Assembly (NCBI GenBank): GCA_951406725.2
Contig: OX597829.1
Coordinates: 37,510,001-37,574,000, forward strand
DNA length: 64,000 bases
Origin: Octopus vulgaris
Taxonomy: Eukaryota
Direction: 5' to 3'
Positions 37,828 to 53,188 of this stretch are shown in pieces. Below the pieces are notes generated by a model. The model was not told the DNA's origin, made no database searches, and saw nothing but the letters and a program-made list of their open reading frames with translations. The position numbers were made by a program, and so were the translations under genes. Within the stretch, counting starts at the first letter, position 1. Each line of letters opens with the position of its first letter.

Positions 37828-39392
37828 CGGGCATCTTTCAGTTTCCGTCTTCCAAATCCATTCACAAGGGTTTGGTCAGCCTGAGGCTATAGTAGAAGAT
37901 ACTTGCCCAAGGTGCCATGCAGTGGGAATGAACCTAGAACCATGTGGTTGGTAAGCAAGCTTCTTACCACACAGCCACTCCTGCCCTATGATCAAAAGCA
38001 TTTTATTTGTGACCATCCCATTTTTATTCAGACACATTATATTCAGGACCTACACTGTCAAATGTGTTCCTCCCTCTTGAGGACAGTAGGGTGTGATTGG
38101 AAGAAATTTTGGTTGCTATTTCTCACACATTGATTCATCTCTCGTTGACTTGTTAAAGTGTGAAGAAACAGTTAAGTGAAAATGTGTTCATTTAGTGCTC
38201 AAAATAATGTACACCCAGTAATGTTATTAAAGATTTATCATTTCATTAATATTAAAATGAAATTATACTTCTGTTTATGCTTTTGGTGGTGTTGGTGAGC
38301 TCCTGGTCAACTCTGTAAGCAGTCATTATTCCAGCAATGACCACTCCATATGTTTTATGGTTTTAGTGATGGGGTATCTTTTTCCTTATTTAAGTAGGAT
38401 GTGATATGGTTGCTATTTCAAGAAGTTTCAGTTATCCTGTTGAGGGACTTCATTGGTTTCAAAGAGACAGCATGTGATATAAACTATCTTTAATTAGGAA
38501 TCAGGCATTTTAAAGAATTTAATATGCAGCTCATCCATTAACCCTTTAGCATTTAAACTGACCATATCCATCACAAATGTTCGACTTGCTTTATATTGAA
38601 ACTGATCAGATCCAGCCTCTTATGCATACCCTACTATGTCATCCTAAAAATAAATAATTACATGATCAAAATTTCAAAACTATGTGAAAATATATGATTA
38701 ATTCAAAACAATGTAAATAAAAAAAAAACAACCCATTACACTTGACAAAATAATTTGAATGCTAAAGGGTTAGAATTATCAATTTATTTAAGCTGTGTCA
38801 TTTTCATAGAGATTTGATATGCTAATACAACAGCAGACTAATTATATGCAAAACACTTAAAAATGATGAAACTTAATAAATTTTACTAGGAGTATAGTGC
38901 TAATTGTTCTGCTTGTCTATCACAGATCACCATTGCTTCCTATGAACCTGTATTGTTTCATATTGGCACATAACCTTGTCCCTTATTTTCTATGTTTTGA
39001 TCTTGTGTCTGCACCATACAACTGGTACTGTCTTGAATAATTTTTTAAATCTTTCTTAACAACTTAATCACGTTTGATTGGGTGGAATATGGTTTTACAG
39101 CTTTACATCTTCTGTTGATGTTTATCTAAATTTTTAAAATGTATTTTTTCCTAAACATTTGCTACAATTTAAAAAGAAAAAAAGTAACATATATTTGAAA
39201 TTGTTTTTCATTGTACCTGTTTTAATGGCTGGTTTTCTTTGCTGGCAAGTATAGGATAATTCTACTGTAACATTTTACTACATATCTTTGTCTTCATAAT
39301 GTAGTTAAGGTTTATATTCAGATCTGATCAACAGTTCTTTATCTTGGATTTCCAATTTGTAAATGTCAAAATGTGTGAGATGTGTCATTATA

Positions 39393-40282
39393 CAAGATGG
39401 TATCAAAAGGTTCCCAGACTAGTTATTTTTAATTAAAAAAAATAACTTATTTACCATAAGTTTTAACATAATCTCCTTCGAAATAGTCACCTTGCACAGC
39501 AATACACTGGTCCCAGCATTCTCACCACTTTTGGGATCCTGGCCTGGAAGTCTTTTTCTGTAAGACTTCTGCAATTTGCTCTTGATCTTGACAAGTGTTA
39601 AAACGGTGACCTTTGAGCTGTATTTTCATCTTGGAGAAGAGATGGAAATTTGCAGGTGCTAAATCTGGCAAATAAGGCAGGTGCAGAAGCAATACCATGT
39701 CACTTTTGATGAGAAACTTACGAATGAGGGAAGCTCTGTGACAGGGTGCATTGTTGTTGTGAAGAATCCAATTCTTTAAACTCCACAGACCCAGTCGCTT
39801 TCACCAAATGTCCTCTTAGAAATACTTCAAAATGTTGCAATAGAACTCTTGATTGACAGTCTGAGGGGGAGGGGGACAAATTCTCGAAGCACAATATCAA
39901 CATTTCTGGGGGTGATGCTCATGGCATGTCTTCCAGATTGCTCGTAATTTTCCAGGGATGTTCTTCCACTCTTGAAGTGTCTGTGCCACTCAAAACTTGC
40001 ATGCAACCCATTGCCACAAGCTTGTGGAAGCATGCTTAATGTCTCTGTAGTAGACTTCCTAAAATTTCATGTTGGCTCTTTCTTCCAACTTTGTATCCAC
40101 GACAAAATCACAAACTACAGCATACATGTGATCACAATAACACAAATGTCACAGCTTGTGAAGTAAATACAGCAATATCACTCGGCACACTGTCACACAA
40201 AGGTTACTGTTAGCTCTCACTGAGCACATAATAATGTGCTGCTATCTGTTGACACACTACAGAACTTTTTGATTCCATCTTG
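39393..40282 (-). mobile_element. Internally deleted mariner DNA transposon
   Basis: TA-flanked TIRs CAAGATGG(T/A)ATCAAAA(G/A)GTTC. Transposase remnants FEWHRHFKSGRTSLE..SGR, WILHNNNAPCH, PYLPDLAP, QGDYFEG. Confidence 0.85.
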
Positions 40283-41712
40283 TAAGATTAGTTTTCAGAC
40301 TATTAACCTTATATTTACATCATCATCGTTGTCGTTTAACTTCCACTTTCCATGCACCAGGCTCAATCTGATCTGATCTGGCAAAGTTTCTAAAGCTGGA
40401 TGCCCTTTCTAATGCCAACCACTCTGAGAGTGTAGTGAGTGCTTTTACGTGCCACCAGAATGAGGGCCAGTCAGGCAATTCTGACAACAACACGCTCAAA
40501 AGGTGTGTTTTTTTATGTGCTACCTGCATGGGAGCCAGTCCGGCAGCACTGGCAACGATCTTGCTCAAATGTTGTCTTTCATGTGTCACTGGCACATGTG
40601 CCAGTAAAGTGACACTGGCAACAACCACACTCAAATGGTGATTTTTAAGTGCCACCGGCACGGTAGCCATTCAACCGCCTTGGCAACAATCATGCTCGGA
40701 TGGTGCTTTCAACATTCCACTGGCACGAGTGCCATATTTTTTAATCGCTACATCTATGCTATGTTCAGTCTCACCTCAAATTTGTGTATTCCTGGATGTG
40801 TACATAGCTTACTTTTATTTACTAAGCCACCAGTGCATCTACAAAGCTATGTACATGTCCTTGAATAAGACATCTGATGACTAGACTTCAAAGATAAAAA
40901 ATTGTAGTATAGATGTAAATATTAAGCACTTCATCTATAAAGCTGAGGTAAATAGTAAAAAAAAAAAAAAAGGGGCTGTGTGGTAAGAAGCTTGTTTCCC
41001 AATCACATGGTTCTGGGTTCAGCCCTATTCAGCAAGTGTTTTCTACTATAGCCTCAGGCCAAACAAAACCTTGTGAGTGGATTTGGTTGGCAGAAACTGA
41101 GAGAATCCAGTCATACATACATACATACATACGTACGTACGTACGTGTGTGTGTGTGTGTGTGTGTGTGTCATTGTTTCTGTGTTTGTCCCTGCCACCAC
41201 TATTTGACAACTGAATAAGTATCAGGCTTTAAAAATAAGCTCTGGGGTCAAATCATTTGACTAAAAATTCAAGGCAGTGCTCCAGCATGGCTGCACTCTA
41301 ATGACTGAAACAAGTAAAAGGTAAAAGATGTGGATTGTGAAGGCATGTGTCCTAGTGATTTGTGTTGAGGCTACAATCATATAACGTGTTTGCTTCTTGG
41401 AGTGGGTGACATGTCTGTAAACAGTGCTCTTCATTTCACCATATTCCAGCCTACTCAGTTGAAAATAAGTACCAGCTGATTACTGGTGCAGTCCTCTCTC
41501 ACTTCATATCGATGTTTCACTGGGCCAACAGTGGGAGTTTCAAAAGGCTGTTGACTACAAAAGTCACCTAATGCCATTAACAAAAAAACCAGGTACATGC
41601 TAACAATTGATACTCACTTAGCTTTTATTCTATGGATTATTTTTACTTTGAAAATTTAAACTACCATCCCATTGCACTTCTTTATCTTTTCATATTATGA
41701 GTTTGTCATGTA

Positions 41713-42318
41713 CAGGGTGTCCCAAAATTAAGGCAACCAAGTTTTTTCAATTTTGCCAAAGCAGATTATGACACTACCACATTTATTCAACATGTCCACT
41801 TCTGTTTCAAATCACAGCCTAGGTGTGAATGTTTCACACTGGCATGCTGCTGTTCTTGCAGAATTGAAGCCCATTCTTCGTGTAGTTTTGCTTTTAGAGC
41901 ATCAAGTGAAGCATGAAGAGTGCTTGAGACTCTCATCTCCAAAATGGACCAAACAGAAAAATCTAATGGCTTGAGACCAGGGCTTCTTGAGGGCCATACA
42001 TCCTTGCCTATGAAAGACAGAATGTTTTTTTGAATCTAGTGTTGTAAAAAGAAAATCTTGGTTGCAAATTAATTTTCCTAAATGGTAAACCATGGGCCAG
42101 ACAATGTTTTACCTTGAAATGACAACTTCAGATCATTTTACAAACTGCATATTTACCAAAGTGAACTCCAGAATTCAAGCAAATCAGTATCATCTGTATG
42201 TTTTGGTGATAATCCATATCACGATAGTTCCACAAGTTCAGTCTGATGAAGGGCAAGGATCAGAAATTCGACACTCCTCATGGCATGTGAACTTTTCAAG
42301 TTTTTCTGTGGACACCCC
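41713..42318 (-). mobile_element. Tc1/mariner-superfamily remnant
   Basis: TA-flanked (CA)GGGTGTCC..GGACACCC termini; PSRSPGLKPLDFSVWSILE matches the SPDLNP(L/I) motif. Confidence 0.65.
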
Positions 42319-44223
42319 TATAAACATTTTTGGCTAACTCTATACGAAAAGTAAATTTGCTAGATCAGATTTTCAGTTTTTGCAAAATTTAATAGTGCTA
42401 TGTTCAGTTCACTGTTAGAGAGTTCAGTCCATTTCTTTGACAGTTGTACTCCATTGACGGTTTTTATACTCAGTTCATTGTTGCGCACTTCATTGTTATT
42501 GTACCCTATATTATTTGTTATGCTCCTTTGATGGTGGTTTTTTTGTATTCAGTTGTTGTACTCATTTAGTAGCATTTGTACTCGACAGACTTGAGAGTTG
42601 TCTGATTTGGTGGTCAGCTGCCATATTCATTTGGCAGTTGTTGTTGTCCTCATTTCACTGTTGCAATGTACTCCATTGACTGTTTGTTATTTTCAGTTGA
42701 CTGTTATCTGGTTGACAGTCGACAGCTGTCCCATTCAGCCAACAGGTGCCTAGCTAGGCTCACAGACACTCTGCTTAGTTCACTGTTATTCAGCTGACAA
42801 TCAACATATCCCAGTTATCTTTGAATGTAGCATATAATTAGTAAATTGAGGTGGCGAGCTGGCAGGAACGTTAGCGCGCTGGGCGAAATGCTTAGCAGTG
42901 TTTTGTCTGTCGTTACGTTCTGAGTTCAAATTCTGCCGAGGTTGGCTTTGCCTTTTATCCTTTCAGGATCGATAAAGTACCAGTTATGCACTGGGGTCGA
43001 TGTAATTAACTTAATCCCTTTGTCTGTCCTTGTTTGTCCCCTCTGTGTTTAGCCCTTTGTGGGCAATAAAGAAATATATAATTAGTAAACTGAATGCTTA
43101 TGAAAGACACATTGATCTACAATTTTAACATATTATGCTGCACAGATTGTGTTGTTGGCATCGTTTTAAATTTTAACTTTATATAATTTATTTTTTGCAT
43201 CATAGCGTCATAGGGCCAATCACTAATTCACTTCCATTCTGGTGGTGAGAGTGATAAGGAAGTCTGTGAAATTCAAGTGAAGTAAATAGCACATGCCAGT
43301 TCTCTTGCTGGTGTGTTTGTGTTACATACACACACACACACCACCACCACCACATATTGACACCTTCCCTCCCAAATGCCTCTTCTTTCTATATCCTCTT
43401 CTGTTCTTGTCTGTCTTGCAAGTTGCATGGCAACTTCACGAGTGCTAGTGTTATGAAAAAAAAAAGCATACAGTACACTGTTAAGTGGTTGGCATTAGGA
43501 AGGGCATTCAACTGCAGAAACCAGACCAAAAATGACATTGGAGCTCAATACAGCCCTGTATCTTGCCAGTTTTCTGTTAAACCATTTTACCTATGCCAAT
43601 ATGGAAAGCAGACATTTATGATGAGGAGGATGATATAAATATGATGGGTTTCTACATATGTCTGTACAGCATTTTATGAAGCATTGGTCATTTTTAGAGT
43701 TATTATAGGTTACCTTACCTGAGGTCTTATGCAAAGGAATTTGGCTTAGAACTATGCAAATTTCTTAATCACATGCCCTCCCTTGAACCACTTGATTATA
43801 CAGCATGTCTACTGTCCATTCACTATCAATTTATTATATACCCACAAGCTGAAGTTGCACTAAGGTACTCTCAATTGAAGACAAATATGTGAAGGGCTTT
43901 TTTTCAGTTTCCATCTACCAAATCCACTCACAAGGCTTTGGTCAGCTAAGGGCTGTAGTAGAAGGCACCTGCCTAAGCTGCCATGCAGTGGGGCTTAGCC
44001 CAAACTATGTGGTTGTGAAGCAAACTTCTTAGCCACACTACTTTGTTTATTTCAATATTCGAATTTAAATGGATAGCCAAGAATATCGACATGCATTTTG
44101 AGATTTATCTAAGTAACTGTTCTTTCCTTATTTAATATATTGGAGATGACATATTAAAAGAAAATGCAATTGCTCTCTCTCTCTCCCCACCTCTCATACA
44201 GTACACAACTAATTAAAAAGTAG

Positions 44224-44477
44224 CTCACAAATAGGCACAAGCCTCACAAATAGGCACAAGCCTCACGAATGGACACAGCCTCACGAATGGGCACAGCCTC
44301 ACGAATGGGCACAGCCTCACGAATGGGCACAGCCTCACGAATGGGCACAGCCTCTCAAATGGGCACAGACTCACAAATGGGCACAGACTCACAAATGGGC
44401 ACAGACTCACAAATGGGCACAGACTCACAAATGGGCACAGACTCACAAATGGGCACAGCCTACAAATGGGTACAGCA
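44224..44477. repeat. 18-bp minisatellite (~14 units)
   Basis: CTCAC(A/G)AATGGGCACAG(C/A) tandem units. Confidence 0.95.
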
Positions 44478-44481
44478 TTAA

Positions 44482-44700
44482 CCCTTTAGTGTTCAGATTA
44501 TTCAATCAAACATAATGCCTATTGATTCCCATTGATTTGAATTAATCATGCATTATCTCATATCTTCAAGATCTTGATGGTGTAATTACTTAATGTAGAA
44601 TAACATTGTAGGGTAGGTGTGAGAGCCTGGATCTGGTCAGTTTGAACATAAAACAGGTTAGCTATTTTGGCCGGATATGGCCGGTTTAAATACTAAAGGG
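44482..44700. mobile_element. piggyBac-like MITE copy
   Basis: TTAA TSD, CCCTTTAGT/ACTAAAGGG TIRs; reverse orientation to the 5475 copy. Confidence 0.8.
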
Positions 44701-46336
44701 TTAAAATACTCAGGCACTAAGCTAACCTATTACAATCAATTTTGTAGTCTAAATGTAAAGTCTTTTCATCATGCCTGTTTGACATTCAATTTTCGTGCTG
44801 GCATAGGGTCAAGAAGTTTGCTTCAACACAGTGTCTCATCACTTTTTAGGTCCTTGTTATTTCCTTAATGACATGCAGAATTTTTCATTCAGCCTTCATC
44901 CCTTCTTCCCATGTCTTGCTCAGCCTTTTTCTTCAGCCAGTTCCTTCCACTTGCAATTCTTGTTACATCTTTACACAACTAGCATCATTCCAATGCATAA
45001 CATGCTCATTCCAGCACTGTCATCTTTCTTGCATACTGAGGCTAATTCCTCTTAAACTTAGTTTTCCTCTCAGCTTGTCAGTTCTTTGTCATTCATATAT
45101 ATTAATGTTGTGCATCCATCAGAACATACTTGACTTGTTCTTCTCCAGTCATTGCATATACTCTGTAGTCAGTGCCCATGTTTCACACATGAACATCATA
45201 TCATTTACACCTTGCTCAGAGAGAGAAAAACACTTTGTTGCTAATAGAGGTAATTATTCCCTTTGTCCTTACTCTGGCTCCTATACTTACAAAACATCAC
45301 CATTTCCACTTTTACTTTCTTCAGTGTAACTAGTGAATACATTCTAAAGAAGTTTTTCATTAACCCATAAGATTAAAGATAGTGTTAGCGCAGTTTTGCA
45401 CTACATAATCTAAACAGCTGTGATGAGAATGAATGAACTCTGATTTGGAGTGTGCAAGATTGTTTAAAAAATGTGGAAACATTTCATATAGACACAGTAA
45501 TAATAATAATAATAATGATAATAATAATAATAATCTCGTTAATTTTCAGCAGGAAATTTTCTTTGAACATTGTTTGTACAACCAGCAGTTTACCATGTTT
45601 ATGATGTAAGAGGATTATTTCTCATAGTAACACTCAAATATTTGGAAACCCTGTAGTACACATATACCCACCCTGGTTCTCACTTCGCACAAGTCAAAAG
45701 TTACTGGAAAATCTATCGTGAAATCAACAACTTCAAGCTTATTTAGAGCATTCTTCTCCCTGTGAATAATCCCTCATAACCTTATTTTTTCAATAGCACA
45801 AAAATAAATGGTCAATTCTTTCCACTTGGTCAAAATGTTGCTCATTACAAGCTAGCTTCTAATATCTGAAAAAATATTTTACAAGTGTTACTGATTTCTT
45901 CACTTATTCTATTACCTGCAAATGCACTGTAAGTTTCTAAGGCTATGGTAATTGATGTATTCAAATATATAATAGATGATGGATTTAATCTTCTGTTGCA
46001 CAGTTTTATACCACCACTTGGCTCTTTGGTGTTTTTATTCCATTTTAATTCTACTCTGTTGTAAGCATTCAGACTTGGTTTTTGGTTTAAGTTGTGTTTT
46101 CTTCTGTCTTTCCTCCACACCTGTATCAGAAACCTTGCAAAACAAATCTTTTCCCATGATGTATAACCCCAAAGTACCCAATACATGAAGTGTGGTATAC
46201 TTCAGACCTGTTGCTTTTTCTACTAAGGTTTTGCACAACCAACTACTCTGCAAGCTCAATGAAGATCATTGTGCCCAAATTTCTTAGATGTCAGCTTGAA
46301 GCCATTACACAGAAGTAAAAACAGGCACTGTATGTA

Positions 46337-46393
<57 letters not shown>

Positions 46394-46968
46394 ATATAAA
46401 ATGTACTGCTCTGTTATTGGTGGGATCAACAAAAGAAAAATGAAAGTACTTCATCCAGTGAGAGATAAATATCATTTTATATGCAGAGGATTTAAGTTCA
46501 AACTACTATTTGTTTCATGCCTCTGAAAATACTATCTTGGAAATATATGGCATGCTATACAAGGTTGTCTGACCTTTGTATTTTTGGAGACATGAAACTA
46601 ATAGCTCACATTTAAATCCTGGTTATATAAAATATGTAAAGTCTACTGATAACTCTTGAAAATCTTTCACATTTACAATCTGCATGAACCCTTTGTTTCA
46701 TACTATGTTTGTGTTTACCAAATTGTTTTTTGCTCTCTGTTCTAAAATATTGATTAGATAAAAGATATAGTCTCTAGTAAATTAAATGTTGTCTTTTTAC
46801 CAACTCTCCCTCAAATTACACCCTACCATCTTAAAAATTAGAAATGATCACTAGATTATGTAGATTCCATGTAATGTAAAAAACAGAATGGATGCAGCTG
46901 AAATACTTTTGATCATAAGTCAGCCCAGTTGGGGCTAACCAGGGTAAACAACAAAAATATTAGTTATA

Positions 46969-47007
<39 letters not shown>

Positions 47008-47252
47008 CTATGTGTATATAGATATAAACAAGCTAACATTTGTTCTTTTTTATAAGCATTGAAATGTGTATTGTAAGATACAAATAAGATAATTTATTTT
47101 TGAATGTAGAAATGCCATTAGAATAGCAGAAAAGGCGTTAGAACATTAGAAAAATTACCCTTACAAAGTGTTGACAAGTTTTTCTGCTTTGTAAGTGTAA
47201 TTTACCCAATAGTTCTGTTTTAACAGCATCTCTATGTTTGAAGATAAATCAT

Positions 47253-47310
<58 letters not shown>

Positions 47311-49751
47311 TACCCATATACACTCAAAGATAAAACAGTTACTGTTGTTTTGTGCAATCATGTCCAATTTAGATTAAACTAACCTTTTTTTGCTTTCACA
47401 ATTCAGCAGATGTAAGACTTTAGCTGTGATTAAAACAAAGTAGAAGAACTGTAAATGGAACACATTCTTGAGAATTTAATTTTCTTTAACCGTTTAGCAT
47501 TTGGATTACTCTCTCTCGTATGTAACGCTTATTTATTCACATTGTTTTGAATTAATTATGTATTATCTCATAGCTTTGAAATTGCAGTGATGTGATTGTT
47601 TATTTCTGGAATGACATGGTAGGGGAGATATGAGAGGCCAGATATGCCCAATTTGAACATAAAAGATGTAGAATATTTAGGCCGGATATGGCTAGTTTAA
47701 ATACTAAAGGGTTAAATTCAATAGTTGTATAATTTTATATTAATCCAGTTAGTTCACCATTAATATTATCCATATAAATATTTTATCAGATAACCTAAGA
47801 TAAGTTTCAATTGGTAAACATTTGAATCGTGGTTAATAGAGTTTGTAATAAATTTTGCTCATGTCTTAGCAAATTGGTTAACTTTTTGAATATGATTAAG
47901 ATGAATTTATTGAATCCAACCCATAAAGTACGTTGATGTTTCAAGTGGTATGAGCCTACTCTCTGCATTGTTATTTTGGCTGCTTGCCTGGGATTCGTCA
48001 TGTATTAGAAGCCATTGCAAACCTATGTTTCTGCAAATTGTTCTTGAGACCTAAGAATCATGCACATCATCATCATCATCATCATGCATAAGTAAATGTG
48101 GTCATTAGACAACTCTCATTTTGTTAGAATTTTTTCAACAAGTCATGGTGTGTGTGGCACAGACATGGCTGTGTTGGATGAAACTTGCTTCCCAACCACA
48201 TAGTTCCAGGTTCAGTCCCACTGTATGGCACCTTGGGCAGGCAAGTGTCTTCTACTATAACTCTAGACTAACCAAAGCCTTGTGAGTGGATTTGGTAAAC
48301 AGAAACGGAAAGAAAGCCATCGTACGTATGTATGTATGTGTATGTATATATATATATATAATGTCATCTTCTTCATTTAGTATCCATTTTCCATACTGGC
48401 ATGGGTAGATGGTTTGTTGACTGAAACTAGTAAACTGGAGAACTTTACCAGGCTCCAGTTTGATTTTGGTTTGGTTTCTACAGCTGGATGCCCTTCCTAA
48501 CACCAACCACTCCATATGTGTCATGTCTGTGTTAGTTTCCCCACTACCACTTGACAACCAGTTTTGGTGTGTTTACATCCCTGTAACTTGACAGTTTGAC
48601 AAAAGGAACTGATAGAATAAATGCCAGGTTGAAAAAAAAAAAAAAAAAAAAGAAAATTAGTAATGGAGTTGATTCAGTTGACTAAAGATTCTTCAAGGTG
48701 GTGTCCCAGCATGGCTGCAGCCTAATGACTGAAACAAGTAAAAGATAACTTTCTTTATTGGCCACACAGGGCTGAATAAAAGATAAAAAGGTTGATTAGT
48801 TGTTGCTTGTGAACTTAGAAATTATTTGTAGGAAAGAAGAGCAATTAAAAAAAGGTGCTGTCACAGCAGTGCTATATAATTTAATGAGGTTGTACTTCAG
48901 TGCGATTGAGAGGTAAATTAAATACTGGCATAGTTTATGAAAGCCACGTTTTGTTGTTTAGCAAAAGCTGTTTTCTTGTTTGGCTGTCAAATAAATGTAG
49001 TGTTATTAATTTTGCTTTCGCTTTTACAAAAGAATTGAAGGAATTATATGTGATCCCTTAAAAAAATGTATAAATAAATGGCTGTTTCGTCCCAGGTTGT
49101 CTCTTATTAAGCAGCTGTATGATCAGCGTAATTTCAGCTGTGACCATTCTGCCTTCATTTCAGACACGATATATTTAGAACTGTATTATCCAATATGTCT
49201 TTTTTTACATTTTAATACAGTAGTGAGTGATTTTGAGGGAGATTTAGTTATTATTTCTATCAGATTGAATGATAACATAAAGATTTTCTTGTTGGTTTGA
49301 GCAATGAGTGTGAAGTTAGGGTATTAGACTTCCTTCTTTAGCACCTGCCATTTTATAATAAGCTATAAAGTGGTTGATTCCAGGAAGGGCATCCACACAA
49401 AAATCATGCCATATGAAACATACACAAGACATGGTCCTCCAACTTGTCTAGGAGGGCAAGAATCTTTGAATAGAATCTGAAGACGAAGGTGACCTGTCTA
49501 ACCCATTCCACCATAGTAAACAGATGTTAAAGGATGATGACTGCAGGATGTATTTGCTTTCAGGTTAACTGAGAAATTGTAGAAACAGGATTTGCTAAAT
49601 TCAGTATGTTTACATCATGTTGGTCATATTTTCTTGTTTCAAAGTAAAACAGGATTTAAATGTGATATAAATATTTTACTTACAGTGTATATTTGTGCTT
49701 TCATATGCAGTATACCATTATGTACATACGTACATACATATATATAATATA

Positions 49752-49793
<42 letters not shown>

Positions 49794-52700
49794 TTATGAG
49801 TACAGGACATCACCAATAGTAAACAACATGAAATACGAAAACAAATGAGTTAAATATGCAAATAACGACAGAAAAAAAGGGCAAGTAGCACAAAGAATGA
49901 TCCTTCATCAGTTGTCGGCTGTCTATCTACTCCCCATTTTGAGCAATCAACAACAATATGAGTTTTCGAAGACAGTTGCTCCCTTAAATATCAAAATAAA
50001 ATTTTGGATCTATAGAGGGTCAAAGTTAGGAACAAAAACACAACAGTGGAGACATACAGGGAAACCGAATGAAAACAAACATGGAGGGTCATTAGACCTG
50101 AATGAGGGGAAAATAGTGAATGCTGAGAGAAATATTTTCTTTGAAAAGAGAAAAGACAAAAGAAAGAGATATAGGAGATGTCCAGTCCTTAGAACATCTG
50201 TGCAGGAAAGTTAGATGGTCATGTAAGGAAAAGAAAGATGGACGATGGTCATGTGTGAGCAACGACAGAGAGAGAAAGAGGGGGGGAGAGAGAGAGATAG
50301 AAATCAATGAAAGGTAGAAAAAAGAAAATTAGAGAGGATAGGGGAGACAGGGTGGGCCAAAGTCATGGACCAAAACATGACTTTTTGCATTACATTATTC
50401 ATTTCATCTATATGTTTTTTCTCTCAATCATTTATATCAACAGTCACGCACATTTTCATTGCACATCCAACAGTGCATGCTTGTTTCATCTCTTTCCAAT
50501 CTCCCCGAGTCTTCTACGTTCATGGCTTATGTCTCACTACCATGCAACATTTTAGTTCTAATAATTGTGTCATAAAAATCTGCCCTTTACTTTGAGAGAA
50601 AAGACCTTTGTTGCCTGCAACAGTAGTAGCTCCCTTAATCTGTTCTTACTCTGGCTAGTATATTTTCATAGAAGCAACCTTCCTTGCTAATTACATCTAG
50701 ATAACAAAAGCTATCACCCTTATCTAAACTGATACTGGTATCCTGGTCCTCTTACTCTGCTCTTAGAATGCACTGGCACATTTTGCAAAGTATGGAGTGG
50801 CATAATGAAGCTCAACAATTTGAGTGAGCTCGATAAAATTTGCAGTGTCTAAACTTATTTGAAAATAGAAGTAAAGGAATAGACAAGTAGTTGTGATGTG
50901 AATTTTCATTCTATTTTATGCAACACCGATGTCATTTTGCATTTTGTATCTTTAGAAACTTTGCCAGATCAGATTGAGCCTGGTGCAGGCTCTGACTCAC
51001 CAAGTCCTCAGTCGAACTGTCCAACCCATGCCAGCATGGAAAGCAGACGTTAAACGATGAAGATGACGATGAATGAGATTTTAGAAATAAGGAAATAAAG
51101 TATCATAAAAATGTACTGTTGAGATAGTTGACTAAAACTTTTGAAAAAGGTTCTCAACAATTGAAGCCATCGATCAAGAAATAAAGATAGATAAACCCTT
51201 TCAAGCACTTATAACGAAGAATGTTCATGTCTCTGAAGAACATTAAAAATTAAATGGTTCTAAATATTACTGTGTGGTATTGAAGTTAACTAAGCAAATG
51301 TATTGTTCAAACTTTTATCTGACAGGACGGTACCTAGAGCAAAAGTTTCCTACCTTGTAGCTTTTTGGAATGGAATTTGGTACATAGAAACTACAGAAGT
51401 TCATGCACACATAAATCAGTGAAGGATGTAAACGTCATCAAGAAAATAATAAAAACTGATGTTTTTTAAACACAGTCACTTGCGGTATTTATTCCGCATC
51501 CTGTTAGAGACACTTGCCTGTCATTCTCATTGTCAGAAATGCAGTGAACCACTTATTTTTCCTGTTATAAACTTGTAACTGACAACTCTAGAGGTAATTG
51601 CACCTGATATAAAATAAATAGGCAATAAATCCAAATCTCAGACTTCAGTTTGCAGAGAACTTATCACTTCTGTAAAACTTAACGAAGAATACTATTTATG
51701 GCTTAACCCTTTGATATTCACACTGGCCATATTCCAGCTCAAATATTCTAATGTTCAAACTGTCCAGATCTTTTTTGTCACACCTACCTTACATTATCAT
51801 TCTAAAAATACACTATCACATCATCAACATCTTGAAGCTATGAGATAATGTCTGATTAATTCAAACAATGTGAATGAATAAGCTTTACATTTGACAGAAT
51901 AATCTGAATGTTAAATGGTTAATATAATTTTTCATTTTAAACAATCAGTTTTTATAATTATCCTTAATTAGTATATAGAGAGAAAATGTTTTATATATTG
52001 TTACATTGGTATTGCTCAAATTTTTTGTTTGTTTTGATCATTATTATTTAATATGTCTTCCATGCTGTAATGGGTTGGACAATTTGATTGGATCCAACAA
52101 ACTAGAGAACTGTGTTAGGCTCCAGTGTCTGTTTTGGCATGGTTTTTGATATGGCTTGATGCCCTTCCTAATATCAACCACTTTACAGAGAGAGTGTACT
52201 GGGTGTTTTTCTCAGGAGATCAGCACTCGCGAGTTCACCAAGTTACTTGCAAGACAAAGAAAAGAACCCTGACTGAGTAGGGTTGTAGTAGAGAGAAAGG
52301 GCTTTATGTCAGGTGCTGAGAGGCCAAAGTATGATACAGGGGCAAACACAGGTATCTTGCTATGGAGATGATACATGTCTACCCTACATTATATAAGAGT
52401 GGGTAGGAGTAGCTGGAAAGAAGATGATAATGGCAGTAATGAAAAGAAGTCCTGTTTTCAGTCATGTTGTATTTTTAGTTAAGGAATTCAACCATTGCTG
52501 TTTAACCCCAAGTCTACACTGAGATGCCTGTGACCAAATGTGTTCTAGCTGCAACCATCCCATTTTTATTGCATATCTTTGTTTACATTATAAAATATAT
52601 CATTGTCTTTTTTATTCTAAGGCAGTACAGTGTAATTTAGCAGGTGGGGATTTGGCTGCTGTTTTTTGCAACTCAAATGGCAGCATAAGGGTTTCCATCT

Positions 52701-53151
52701 CCAAGTTCAACATAATAGTCATGTAGTCTATAACTAGTAGAAGTGACTATTCTTTAATATTTGTCTTTATCAAAGCAATGGTGAGACTGGAAGGATTGTG
52801 CACTGGACAGAATGATTTGCAGCTTGTAGTTCTCCCCCCTATATTCTCAGTTTGAATCTGACCCCTTTCAGAGTTGACAAAAAATGTACCAGAACCAGTT
52901 ATATACTGGATGTTGATTTAGTTCACTATACCCATTCTCTACAAACTGTGACCTTGTATGTCAAAGATGAAATCGATATTTACTCTTATTATTTTACTTG
53001 TATTATTAACGCCATTGCGTAAGGTATAAACTCACATTTGCACTATTGCTCCTTTCTCTGAAATAAACAAGCATTTGCGTCGAATTAAAAAATGAGAAAT
53101 TAATATCATTTACTCTTATATTGCAGGTACCGTGTGACCAATAACATCAAG

Positions 53152-53188
53152 ATGACAGATTCAAAATATTTTACCACCACTAAAAAAG
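53152..53188 (+). CDS. AP1B1: beta-adaptin coding exon 1 (exon starts 53127)
   Basis: AAGATG start; MTDSKYFTTTKK-G; donor GTACAG, phase 1. Confidence 0.96.

Noticed and set aside
44224-44477. CRISPR-like array or repeat protein (SRMGTA)n
   Set aside because: Units are contiguous with no unique spacers in a eukaryotic intron; the open frames follow from the 18-bp period.
49880-49995. CTGATGA on the minus strand in a Penelope-like repeat as a hammerhead
   Set aside because: No correctly placed GAAA, stem III or stem I in this copy.
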